NCBI RefSeq assembly: GCF_963921235.1 | Contig: NC_086098.1 | Coordinates: forward strand, 154,628,001 to 154,692,000 | Direction: 5' to 3' | Source: Mobula hypostoma | Lineage: Eukaryota | DNA: 64,000 nucleotides | Shown here: positions 1 to 11,919 of the stretch, in pieces | Position numbering within the stretch: the stretch's first letter is position 1 | Layout of the letters: each line of letters opens with the position of its first letter | Position numbers and translations under genes: made by a program | Notes under the pieces: model-generated | What the model saw: the letters and a program-made list of their open reading frames with translations, nothing else | Told to the model about the DNA's origin: nothing | The model's database searches: none

Positions 1-967
1 TTTTGTCTCCCTCACTTCTCAAACTGTGGAGTAATATTTGTGATATTCCAGTCACCCGGGCCCATGGACCCATTCTTGAAAGATCGTTACTAATGCCTCC
101 ATAATCTATCCACCTACCGCCTTCAGAATCCTGGAGCGTAGTCCATCTAGTTTGGTAACTGAGAGTGGTTATCGTGTTTTCTTTCAGTGTGTATTACCCT
201 GGTCCAACAACCCCTTCGGACTTTTTGTGGGACTAAAAATTTAAAAATCCAAGTTGAAAACTTTAACTGGTATTATTTATTCCCATTAAAATATTTCCAA
301 GATTTTTAGCCATTCACAATCCCTGCTTTACTGCGGCGAATTATGGCATCTCCGAGGAGAGACAAAGGCACAGTATGTCAACTAAATCGACTGCCTCATC
401 TCTTGCTTTTTACGTGGATAGCTGCGACGACATTTCGGTGTTTTGCCACGCGCTTTGCCATATCTCTTTCGGGATTTGTTATTGGTTCTATGATTCATGT
501 CTTTACGATTTTAACATCATGGAACATGCCAATAATCTGTCACAATATTAACTATAGCATAGTTACATCAGATTGGATCGGGGTATCACGGGATATATAA
601 AGTATATCTTATGTATACTGGAGAGTATTTCACCATTAGAGGGGCTCTGTCAGCAATCGTTCAGAATCCTCTCCAATCGGATTTTGTTTTGCCATTATAT
701 CGAAATTTGTTATTTTATTGCTTTGAATTGTGCTGTTATGAAAACATCCTCGCTTTCTTTTACTTTGTAGCGATGTCTAATGTTCATGATGTATATTGGT
801 TTTGGTGAGTTTGTGGAAGATCAAAATGCATTAATGAGATTCCGCGGTACCGGGGTTCTCAAGTATTCTGACTTTTATGGTTATAAAATCCCTGTAAAAA
901 AGACAAAGTTTGATTCCAATTTATATCAATTAATAATTCATTTCCCTGCATTTCTTTCTATTTACAG

Positions 968-1258
968 ATCCGCGAAAACCCGCTATATCCGTCCTCCGAC
1001 CGGCTGCGGAGGAAATTCAGGGACAGGGCACCGCCACCCTGGTGTGTTTGGTGAGCGGGTTTAATCCGGCCGCTGTGAATATCGAGTGGACGGTGGACGG
1101 CAGTACGAGAAGGAATGGCGTTGAGACCAGCCGGATCCAGCAGGACACGGACAGCAAGTTCAGTGCGAGCAGTTACCTGACTCTGCCGGCCTCAGACTGG
1201 AACTCACACGAGCATTACTCCTGCGTGGTTAAACACGAGTCTCAGGCCACCCCATTTC
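968..1258 (+). pseudogene. Ig light-chain constant exon C1 (type II/lambda-like), 5' part, interrupted by L1
   Basis: Acceptor tttacag|AT at 967/968 (phase 1). Open frame DPRKPAISVLRPAAEEIQGQGTATLVCLVSGFNPAAVNIEWTVDG...SSYLTLPASDWNSHEHYSCVVKHESQATPF with both C1-set Cys and the Trp. Sequence switches to an L1 poly(T) at 1259. Confidence 0.93.
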
Positions 1259-1648
1259 TTTTTTTTATAATTTTATTTTTATTTGGATAAGGAGTTCACA
1301 ATTATCATGTACTTTTTTCACACATATAAATTTTTCCATTTTTTTATATGTATAAAACTACAATTATTTATACATTCTTAAGTACACATTGAGATGATAT
1401 AAAAGGAAAATAAACATTTAAATAGATAATTATGTACTGTGGTAAATCTAACCTATTAGGCTAAGTAATGAAATTAGTTGTTAAGAAAAATGGTAATAAT
1501 AGTTTCCATACAACCCTTCTGGACCATTTCCACTGGTCCAAAATGTTGCATACAAGCCTATATACCAACCATTGTAGGTGTTTATATCCCAATTTGTTCG
1601 TGCTTGTTCCTGCCCGCAGACATAATTATCCAATCCTTATGTACTTAT

Positions 1649-4600
1649 TTACTTAATTTTTTCATTTTTTTTTATCCCTTTCCAAATCTTTCCCTTTACT
1701 TGTGTTAATTCTCTATTTTCCAAAAAAAAACAACAAACATTTAGATTAGGGGTGCTTACGTTAGCAATATTACTGTGTTGATGAGAAGAGCAATATAACT
1801 CATTGGGAGAGTCATCTAAAGTCTGCTCGATTGATTTCTTACTTGCCGCTAAGAGGTCTTGCAGCAACTTTATATCTTCCTTCTGTTCAAGGAACAATAC
1901 ATGCCCCAAATAGAGAGTCTCAAGGTTCAGAGGTATCTGGGACCTAACTACCTTAACTAATGTTCTATGAATACCTTCCCAAAATAGACTTAATTTAGGG
2001 CAATCCCAGAAAATATGAAAATGATTTGCCTCCTTAGAGCCGCACCTTCTCCAACACATCACATTTGTATCTTTATATTTTTCCTGATATGGGGTCTTGA
2101 AGTATCTTATAATGTTTTTCTAACAATGTTCTCTCCAAGTCAAAGAATTAGTCGAGGACCATTGAAAGCTGCAGATTTTCCCCCAAGCCTCCTCTGAAAG
2201 TACCAACCCCGCTTCTTTCTCCCACTTCTCTTTAATATACAGTGTATTTACATTTTTAGCATGGGAGAGTGCATTATATAGGCGAGAAACTGATTTACTA
2301 GGTATAGAACTGCAAGCCGAATTCAGAATCTTGAGAAATTCTAATTCTACTGTTGATAGGTCTGTATATCTACAACTCTGGTTAACATAGTTTCCTATTT
2401 GAAGGTACCTAAAAAAGCCATTATGTTCTAGGCCATGTTTGTCCTGCAGGATTTGGAAACTTTGTAAAACTCTTTTATCTATAAATGAGAGGTAGGTTGT
2501 AAGACCTTTCTTTATCCATAGCTCAAATCTTTTATCTCCTCTGTTGGGAAGGAATTCGGTATCATATGCACACCATCTAAAGAGTTTTAGCATATTATTA
2601 ATTCCACATGAATTAACCACCTTCTGTCATACTTTTAATGTAAGATTTATCCAAGCATTATTAAATTTTTCCAACTGGGCCATCAATCCTTTGTCAGCTA
2701 TTGAGGCCTGAAGAGGAAAACTGTCAACTAATCCAAATTCTATTTCCTTCCATCTAGCCTTATATTCCCTATTACACCAATATAACAGAGGGGTTATCTG
2801 TGGGGCATAAAAATAATTTCTCAGGCAAGGAAGAACCATACCTCCTCTTTCCTTCCCTAACTGTAAAGTGTTATATCGAATTCTAGGTTTCCTTCCTTGC
2901 CAAATGAAGCGGGAAATCCATTTGTCCCATTCCCTGAATTGATTATCATCCACCTCCACTGGTAAAGTACGGAAAAGATATAATAACCGAGGAAGAATAT
3001 TCATTTTTATAGTATTTATCCTTGAATTTAAACTTAAAAAGGGGATAAGATTCTATCTATGCATATCTGCTTTTATCTCTGAGATTAATGGCCCATAATT
3101 TACCTGTGACAGTGTTGAAAGATCCTTCAGCAGGGTTATTCCTAAATATTTTAATGATTTAGCTTCCCACTTAAGATCGTATGTATCCTGCAATTTTTTG
3201 GATGGTGTATAACTTAGGGACATAACCTGCGTTTTCTTTACATTTATTTTATAACCTGATATTTTCCCAAAGTCATCCAACAGTGTAAACAATCCTATAA
3301 ATGATTTTTCTGGTTCACTCAGATAGACCAAAACATCATCTGCGAATAACGCCACTTTCTGTTCAATCCCTGCCACCTTGATACCTTTTACGATTTCGCT
3401 CTGTCTTATTAGTTGGGCAAGTGGTTCAATATATAGCGCAAAAAGGAGAGGAGAAATTGGGCATCCCTGTCTAGTGCCTCTCTCTAAAATGAAGGAGTCA
3501 GAGAGGTCCCCATTTATCTTAATTCGGGCTGTTGGGCTGTCATACAGAGTCTGAATTACTTTAATAAACCTTTCTTGAAAGCCGAATCTTCCTAACACTC
3601 TGTATAGGAATGCCCAACTAACCGAATCAAAAGCTTTCTCAGCGTCCAATCCTACTACCATTGTCTCTGTCTCGTTCTTATTAACCTGTTCTAATATGTG
3701 CAGAGTTCTCCTTATGTTGTCCTGTGTTTGTCTTTGTTGAATAAATCCAGTCTGGTCTAAATGGATTAGGCCAGGTTAAAGCTTTTCCAATCTGCGCGCT
3801 AATATAGATGTAAATAGTTTGTAATCTAAATTAAGAACACTAATTGGCCGATAATTGCCACATTCTAGTTTATCTTTACCCTCTTTAGGAATAACTGAAA
3901 TAATCGCTTCTCTCCAGGAAGGTGGAGTTTCTCCTCTCTGCAAGATCCAATTAAAGGTGTTAAGTAGTAATGGGGCTAACTGTGTCTTCAGGGACTTGTA
4001 CCACTCTGAGGTAAACCCATCAGAACCCGGGGACTTTCCAGCCTTTAACCTAGAGATGGCCACGTTCAGTTCTTTGACAGTTACTGGTTCTAATAAACTT
4101 TCATTTTGTAAATCTGTAAGTTTAGGTAGATCTAAAAAATTCAATACACTGTCTATATAGGGCTCATTGGGGGCCCGGGGTTGGGAGTACAGCTCTCGAT
4201 AATACGTTTCAAAACTCTCTTGAATTTTCCCTATTGTACTCTCCACAAGCTTTGTCCTTGGATTCTTTATTTTATGAATTGTATTGTCTGCTTGTTGTTT
4301 TCGTAATTTGTATGCTAATAATCTAGCTGATTTACCTCCTACTTCATAATTCTTTTGTCTCAGGTAAAGAAAATTTCTTTGAGTTTCCAACGTATAAATA
4401 TCATCAATTTCACTTTGCAATTTCCTAATTTCCTGTTTTCGATTTGAATTACTTTTGTTGCTATCTACAACTTGAAGTTGTTTTAATTTTCCTTGAAGGT
4501 CTGCTAATTTTTGTGCATTGATTTTTTTCATGTGAGTAGTAATGGAAATAATTTTCCCTCTCAGTACAGCTTTCAATGTATCCCATAAAATCACTGGTGA

Positions 4601-5439
4601 TGTTTCTCCCGTGTCATTAAGGTCTAGATATTCTTTGATTTCTCCCCTTAATCTCTCCATTACTTTTGGGTTATTAAGTATACGTGAGTTTAGCCTCCAT
4701 AGTGTTTTCCTCATTTTCCTTTCCAGGATTAGAGACATAGAGACTGGGCTATGATCCGACAGATCAATTGTTACAATATTACAGTTTTTTATCCTGAGTC
4801 TATCTGTATTAAAGATAAAGAAATAGTCTATCCTTGAATAGGCTGAATGAGGGAAAGAGTAATATGTATAATCTTTACTAGTAGGGTGTAATTCCCTCCA
4901 GACATCTATAATTCCAAACTCCTCCATCAATGAATTCACTTTCCGAGTCATACGTTTATTCTGAGTAACTATTCTTGAAGAATCTAATATAGGATTAATC
5001 TAATATTAAAATCCCCTCCACAAATTACTACCCCTCGAGAACTGACCATTAGGTCAAAAATGTGTCTATAAAATGACCGTTCACTACCTGGAGGAGCATA
5101 AACATTCAGCAATGTTATTTCTGTACCTTCTATTCTTCCTGTGATTGTTACAAACCGTCCTTCTTTGTCTCTAGTCTCTGAAATATGTTCATAATTAAGA
5201 GTACTTGATATTAAAGTAGCTACCCCTCTTTTGTGACTCAATTTATATGATGAATAAAATACATGCTTAAAGCCCATTCTTTTTAATTTTCCATGTTCAG
5301 ATTGGCTCATATGTGTTTCGTGGAGGAAAGCTATTTGTGCCCTCTCTTTTTTCAATTTAGACATAATCTTATTTCTTTAAATTGGATTCAAAACCCCATT
5401 AACATTATAGGAAATTATTTTTACCAATTCAGTTTGCAT
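1649..5439 (-). pseudogene. L1 ORF2 (APE endonuclease + RT), broken by stops and frameshifts
   Basis: Starts MQTELVKIISYNVNG at 5439 with an in-frame TAA soon after. Fragments correspond to ORFs 4984-5364, 3776-4951, 3053-3661, 2627-3004, 2120-2620 and 1649-2062 (C-terminal CWRRC...HIFWDC motif). Confidence 0.92.
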
Positions 5440-5801
5440 TTTTCTCTAGTAGAAAAAAAGCACTCTCCTTTTCTAACCAAACAGTAAGCAATCCCTTCTC
5501 AACAGTAAACCAAGACATATAACCACACCCTAGACATTTCTGAACGTATAACATTTGAAAATTTTCCCCGACTTCCCACAGTGAGGCCTGAGCACCGACC
5601 CGCCTCAGTTCAGAGGGATAACCTCTATCTTCACCCTGTGTTAGAGGGCCCTCAGCAGTTTGAATAGTCATAGAGAATTTTCTCCTATTTATGTCTCGAC
5701 CATATTGCTATCATTCAAGTTATTCCGCCTAAATTATTTTCAATTACCAGTTTTCATTTTACTTTTAAGTCCGATTTACTCTTTTCAGTCATTTCTCTTA
5801 A

Positions 5802-6771
5802 TTAATCTGTATTCTCTGTACATTCGCGTCTGAATATTTGCAGCTTTTCCTTGTAGTTTGACATTCTGTTTCGAGTGGAGCGTCCTCGCCCCACTAACAG
5901 CCACGACTTCTGCCGAATCCTCTCCAGTAGCGACTCCGGTTGGGTGATAACTTTAATAGGTAGTCCCCGGTCCGCCAGGTCCAACGTTGCCTCCTCCACC
6001 GTAGCGTAAGTTTTTGTCCCTTCGTCGTAAAAGACTCTCAGCCAAGCTGGATACAGGGTCTGGAATCTGATGTTGTTTTCCTTCAGGACTCTCCGTGTTT
6101 CCGTATATTCCTTCCGTCTGGCAAGAATCCCCGGTGCGTAGTCGTGGTCTAAACTGATTTTACAGTTGTTCCACATGAAACCTTTCTTTTGCCATGCTCT
6201 TTTAAGCACCTCTTCCTTCGTTCTCTAACTGAGAAATCTGATCAGAATCGATCTGGGCTGGGCGCCTGCCGGAGGCTGTGGTGCCAACGCGCGGTGAGCC
6301 CTTTCTATCTGTAGGTCTTTTGCGGCCGGTATATCAAGGTTCTCTCTAAGCAGCTTCTCCACGAAGGGAATCATCAATCCGGGTTTACCTTCGGTTCCTT
6401 CGGGAACTCCGTAGATCCTCACATTTTCCCTTCTCGAGCGGCCTTCTTGATCTATTAGTTTCCACTGGAGCTGCCCTTGTAGCTTCAGCATTTCTGCTAT
6501 CACTTCCTCGGCATTTTGTAGCTTCTCTTCAATTCCAATCAATTCCAACAATCCTCGCTTCGGCTTCATCTATCCGCGAGTTAGTTTTTACTATTTCTCC
6601 TTTAATATCTTACAGCTGTTTGCTGTTATCTTGTCGGAACTCGCGAATCTCTCCGAGAATCAAAGACAGAGTCACCGATTCCCCCTCATTATCTCCGTCC
6701 TGGCTTGCCGTGGGAGAGCTAGGCCCTTCGCCTTGCTGCATCGACTTTTTATTCTTGTTCTTAGACATCAT
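5802..6771 (-). pseudogene. L1 ORF1 (coiled coil/RRM/CTD), disrupted
   Basis: ATG at 6771 (MMSKNKNKKS...) followed by a premature TAA. Later fragments contain EGRSRRENVRIYGVPEG, IERAHR, ISLDHDY and FQTLYPAWLRV, typical of fish L1 ORF1p. Confidence 0.88.
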
Positions 6772-6921
6772 CCTTGCCCCTTTTATTAATATAGTTATGC
6801 AATATTAAGTATTTGTCTAAATTCGATTTTGGGGCAGTTTACCTTCTTTTTTGTCGAGAGACCTTTTCCTTACGCCGCCATTCCCTTGATGGCCCGGAAG
6901 TCCCCCAGGCCACCCCATTTC

Positions 6922-6953
6922 AAATAAACATCGCGCGATCCAACTGTATGTAA
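6922..6953 (+). pseudogene. Displaced 3' end of C1 exon (QINIARSNCM*), with AATAAA at 6983-6988
   Basis: After the second TSD copy the sequence resumes (C)AAATAAACATCGCGCGATCCAACTGTATGTAA, matching the end of C2 (QTNIARSSCM*). Confidence 0.93.
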
Positions 6954-8779
6954 TACAATATGTTTGTACGCTGATTCTTTAAAATAAAACAAATGAATTT
7001 CCTGTACAGATACAACATTTTCGATTGTAGCTGACACATTTTTCAATCGGGAGAAAATATGCATGGCGTCCTGCTGGGCATTCTTAAACTGAATTCATTC
7101 TGAAATTAATATCAATGACGTAATTTTATCCCAAAGTAAATCAAATCTATCTGATCTACGGTGGCGTTTTTGTCTTGTTCAATACGTCCGATAAGAGTAT
7201 CATTTTTCAAAAGTTTGCATAGATAGTGAAGATTATCAAACTTTGGCATTCGATGAAATAAAATAGACAACGCCGCTTTAACGTTCTGCTAGTTATTGGG
7301 TAGATTTTCCAACTGAAGAAACCGTAATCACTATGGCTACATCAGGACAAGTGGTATAATTACCTGTCAGCGAAATTTACGTACATATTAAAATAAATCC
7401 TGATCTTACCTTTGTTTGAACATCGTAGGCATATTAGATTTCCAATTTTACCATTGGATTCATGGAATGGAAATGGTTTTTCTACAGCTGGTCATATTCA
7501 GGAAGACAAGGACTTGTGAACCCTGTGTAAGCAGCAGCCCAGAGCAGAGTAGCACTTAAGAGTTCAATCTAATGACATTTTTTCTCAAGTGTCCTTCGGA
7601 ACTACGGGTTTCATTCGTGGTGATTTCGGCTTAGGGTACGTAACAACCTATGGTTCAAACATCTTAAATATTGAAAGTGTTAGTCCAAAGCATTTCTAGT
7701 AAATACGGTGTGACGGTGGTTGATTATGTAAAGCTATTTTGGGCTTAACAACAGTGAAGCGCCGAAGATAGCGCTGCGACATTTGTACATTAGTTTGTAG
7801 ACTTTATATAATGATAGCTTTCAGTGTGAAATGTAGAACTCCCTGGCCATAGTATAGCGTCTAGAAAGCGGTATCCTAAACATAAGATAAATATGTCTAA
7901 TAAATAACGTAAAAGATCATTTTTAGGCGAATGAGAATACGTATTGTAGTCATATCTTTCTAATTGGTTGTACAAGTTGCTTTATCTCGATAAGAAAAGA
8001 ACACAATAGCAAGTTTGCAATTAATTATTGAACTTCATACACGGGTTATTGAAGCTGGGACATTAATATCACTTAGTCTTTCTCAATCACTCTGGACTGA
8101 GGGCGCTGAACTTGCCTTCTCTGAATATGGAAGGCCTAAGGAGTTCCCTGGAACAGACCGATCATTGCTCTGAGCAGGACAATTTTACACGGCCTGTAAA
8201 CTTCGCAGTACTTTAAAATCGCATTTTATAAAAGAAACTTCCAGTTTCGCGCAAGAAGGACTGCGCTGGGGCATTCCAGTCACTGCGCGGCTGGTGCACG
8301 GTTGTACTTTGTGTGGCAGAGCATTCCGTGTTGTGATAGGACGATAAAATGACCAGAACTGCACTGGGAGATTTTGTCAAAGGGCATGGCTCACTCACCT
8401 TTTTTCTGTTATTCTGACACGTTTAAAATCCTTAAAACATATCAAACCATATAGTAATTATACGTATACTTAAACGATATAAAACGAAAGTACACACGAA
8501 TGGATAAAATGTAATGCATCCACCGCTTTCTTTCTTTCACAATCCGCATTGAAGCAAATTACCTCTGGAACTTCTGCTTCTGGTCCGAAGGCAAAATGAA
8601 AGAGTGCAGTAAGTTCCACCTCATTGCTGAGCAGTTGGAGAGTCGGGAAGTGGAAAAGCTGGGGAATGCAGATGGAGCTCGGGCAGGTGGATTGAGTTAG
8701 ATCTAGCTGCTCGCATAACGGGGAGGTGGTCTATACAGAGAAATATGTGAATGATCGCAGTTAGTATGATTGAAAAGAG

Positions 8780-11590
8780 TACACAGAGACCTTAACCATA
8801 GCACAGGCCTTTTGGGCCACGATGTTGAGCCCACCGATTTACCTAATCCAAGATCAATCTAACCATTCCCTCCCACATAGTCCTCCATCTTTCTTTCATC
8901 CATTTGGCCAAAGAGCTTCTTAAATATCCCTCATATATTTGCCTCCACCACCACACCTGGCAAGGCATTCCACGAACACAACACTCTATGTAAAGAATTT
9001 ACCTCTGACATCACTCTATATTTTCATCCAATCACCTTAAAAGTATGTCCTCTTGAAAATGCCATTGCCGCCCTAGGGAAAAGGCACCGGCTATCCACCC
9101 TAACTATTCCTCTTATCTTATGCACGCCTGTCAGGTTTGCCTTTCAACCGTCTTCATTCCAAAGCGAAATGCCCTGGCTCGCTCAACCTACCCTGATAAA
9201 ACATGTTCTCTAATCCAAGCAACATCATGGTAAATCTCCTCTAAACCCTCTCTACAGCTTCCATGTCTTTCCTATAATGACCAGAATCAAACACAACAAT
9301 GTAGGTATGGACCAATCAGTATTTTATGGAAATACAACATTAGCTGGTGGCCCTTGAACTCGATCCCCCGACTAATGAAGACTACATGTCTTCTAAAAAA
9401 CGTATTGACTTGCGCGGCAGTTTTTGAGGGGTCTATGCGCGTGATCCCCAAGATCACTTTGTCCTCTACACTGGCAAGAATCTTATTTTAACCTTGTACC
9501 CTGCCTTCGATTCGCTCTTCCAAAGTCCATAACTTCACATTTTCCCGCATTGAAAACCATTTGACATTTAACAGTCCAGCTACCCATCCCGTCAATGTCC
9601 CGTTGCAAACTACGACAATCTTATCCACAACACCAACAACTTTGTGTCATCTATCCCATCGACCATAGTCCTCCATAACCCTCCCATCCATATTCTTTTA
9701 ATACTTAAAACTTCTTTTAAATATTGAAATGGAACCCGCATGTACTACGTCCACTGGAAACTCGTTCCACACTCTCACTACACTCTGAGGGATGTTCCTC
9801 TTTAACATTTTACCTTTCACCCTCAGCCCATGACCTCTAATTCTAGTCTCACCCATCCTGGTGTGAAAAGCCTGCTTACTTTTTCACTATCAATTCCCCA
9901 CATCATTTTCTATTCTCTATCCAATCTCCCCACATTCTCCTGTGCTCCAAGGGAGAAAAAGCTAACGTCTGCAACCTTTCCATATTACTTACGTCCTCAG
10001 GTCGGGAAATCATCATTATAAATTTCCGCGGTACTATTTCAATTTTGTTGACATCTTTGCTGAAGGTAGGAAGGTGTCCAAAGCAGCACACAATATAGAA
10101 ACGCCTTACTAACATCCATGTACGTCACATCCACCACTCTACCTTTATCAAATTACTTAGTCGCTTTCTCGAATAATTCAATCATATTCCTGAGACATGA
10201 ACCGTCCCTCACAAAGACGTGTTGCATGTAATCAGACTATGCTTCTCCAAATGCTCCCAGATCCTGCCTTTAAGAATCTTTTCCAAAGTTTGACCACCAC
10301 TGACCTGATGCTCACTGGTCTATAATTCCCAGGATTATCCCTAATCCCGTTCTTCAACAAAGTTATAACATTTGAGACCCTCCAATCTTCTGCTACTCCT
10401 CCTGTGTCTAGTGAAGGCGCAAAGATTATCACCATGAGGAAATTATCACCATTATCACCCTTCCCTCGCTTCCCGTAGTAACCAGGGTACGGCCTATTCG
10501 GACTCGGGGCCTTATGCTTTTTTCAAAGTTCCAGAATATCCTCTTTCTTAACGTCACATGTTCTTGCATGTCAGCCTGTTTTATGCTGTCCGCACACAAG
10601 TCAAGGTCTCTCTCAGTTGTGAATACTGAAGGAAACTATTTTAATGATCTCCCCTACCTCCTCCTGCTCCAAGCACATGGTTCCTCTTCTTTTACTCACT
10701 CTAGTCATCCTTCTGTTCTTCACCTACGTCTAGACCGTCTTGGGTTTTCCTTAATCATACTCGCAAAGCCCTTCTCATTCCCCCTTCCAGCTCTCTTAAA
10801 TTCATTATGCAGCTCCTTCCTGGTTACTTCGTAACCCTCAAGAGCTCGGTCTGATCTTTGCTTCATAAACCTCTGGTGAGCTTCTTTTATCCTCTTGGCG
10901 TGATGCTTCACGTCTCTTGTCAACCGTGCTTCCTCCACACTACCATCCATGTCCAATTGGGAGAACCCTACCCAGAACTCCATTCGTGCTCCCTACACAA
11001 CTTCTACATTCCCTTGTTCATTTCCCTGAGTACATTCATTCCCAATTTCTGCTCACAACTTCGTGTTTAATAGCATCATAATTCCCTCTCCTCCAAAACC
11101 GTCTGCTCTTATCCCTCTCCAAGGCTGTGCTAAATTAGGGAGTTGTGATCACCCACGAGCAATCTGACGCCTGACCTGTTCTAATGGCTAGCACCAGATC
11201 CAGTAAGAACTCTCTTCTAGTTAGCCTGTCCACATATTCAGGAATCCTTCATGAACAGACGTAACAAATTTACCCTGTCTAAATCTTTTGCATGTAGACT
11301 GTGCCAATCATTATTTGGAAAGTGCGTGTTTTTGCAGCTTTCCAAAATCGACCAGCCTCGATGGTCCTGTCGGGGGGCGGGGGGGGGCGCTGTAGAATGC
11401 TCCCACGAGAGTGATTACAACCCTTCCAATTTCTGAATTCCACCTACAGTAACTCGATAAACAATCTCTCCACGACATCGTCCCTACTCTCCCTGATTGG
11501 CAATGCCACTCCTCCACCTCTTTTACCTCCCTCCCTTTCCCTTTTTGAAATATCTAAACCTGGGAACATCCAATAGCTTTTCCTGCCTTT
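8780..11590 (-). mobile_element. Old decayed CR1 fragments predating the duplication
   Basis: RT-like remnants (e.g. DNPGNYRPVS in ORF 10232-10435). Homologous fragments sit at the same positions in unit 2. Boundaries approximate. Confidence 0.7.
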
Positions 11591-11919
11591 AGGACGACCA
11601 TGTTTTGGATTATATTTTGGATTGGGTATAAGATCGTTTCCTCCAAGAATGAAAAGGCACATACATGTTATTATTGCTTTTTACCTCATGGTGCAAGGTT
11701 GTTCTTTTCCTCGAGCAGATTAAACGCTTTTAGAGTCTTGGACGATTTCCTCGCCCAATATAAAATAAATTATAAACCATGGGAACAATATCTTTTTTTC
11801 TTTTTTGAACAACGTACTCACACGTGACACACTGCTGCGCGCTAGTTGGTTCATAGAAACATAGGCCGTGGTTTGATTAAGAGTCTTGGATAGCGCAATG
11901 TTTCTACGTTTTAGCTGTT

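Larger units (their letters stand above)
1259..6905 (-). mobile_element. Full-length but decayed L1-clade LINE
   Basis: Poly(A) remnant at 1259-1266 (T8 on plus). ORF2 endonuclease and RT fragments (YNVNG, ETH, GGDFN, SDH, QGCPISP, FADD). ORF1 fragments. 5' end reads GGGGACTTCCGG on minus. Perfect 16-bp TSD CAGGCCACCCCATTTC at 1243-1258 and 6906-6921. Confidence 0.95.
1..11890 (+). repeat. Segmental duplication unit 1 (intron-C-3' flank block)
   Basis: Collinear by-eye matches to unit 2: 1~15498, 155~16198, 700~17578, 968~17821, 8370~19641, 9370~23160, 10330~24030, 10460~30175, 11600-11890~41800-42105. Confidence 0.85.

Noticed and set aside
780-1064. 94-aa ORF overlapping C1
   Set aside because: Off-frame reading of intron plus C exon; the true frame is set by the phase-1 acceptor at 968.
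7000-8400. Searched for a V or J exon and RSS heptamer/nonamer on either strand (and in the paralog 18200-19700)
   Set aside because: No Cys-Trp-YYC or FGxG pattern and no CACAGTG/ACAAAAACC pair seen by eye; treated as 3' flank.
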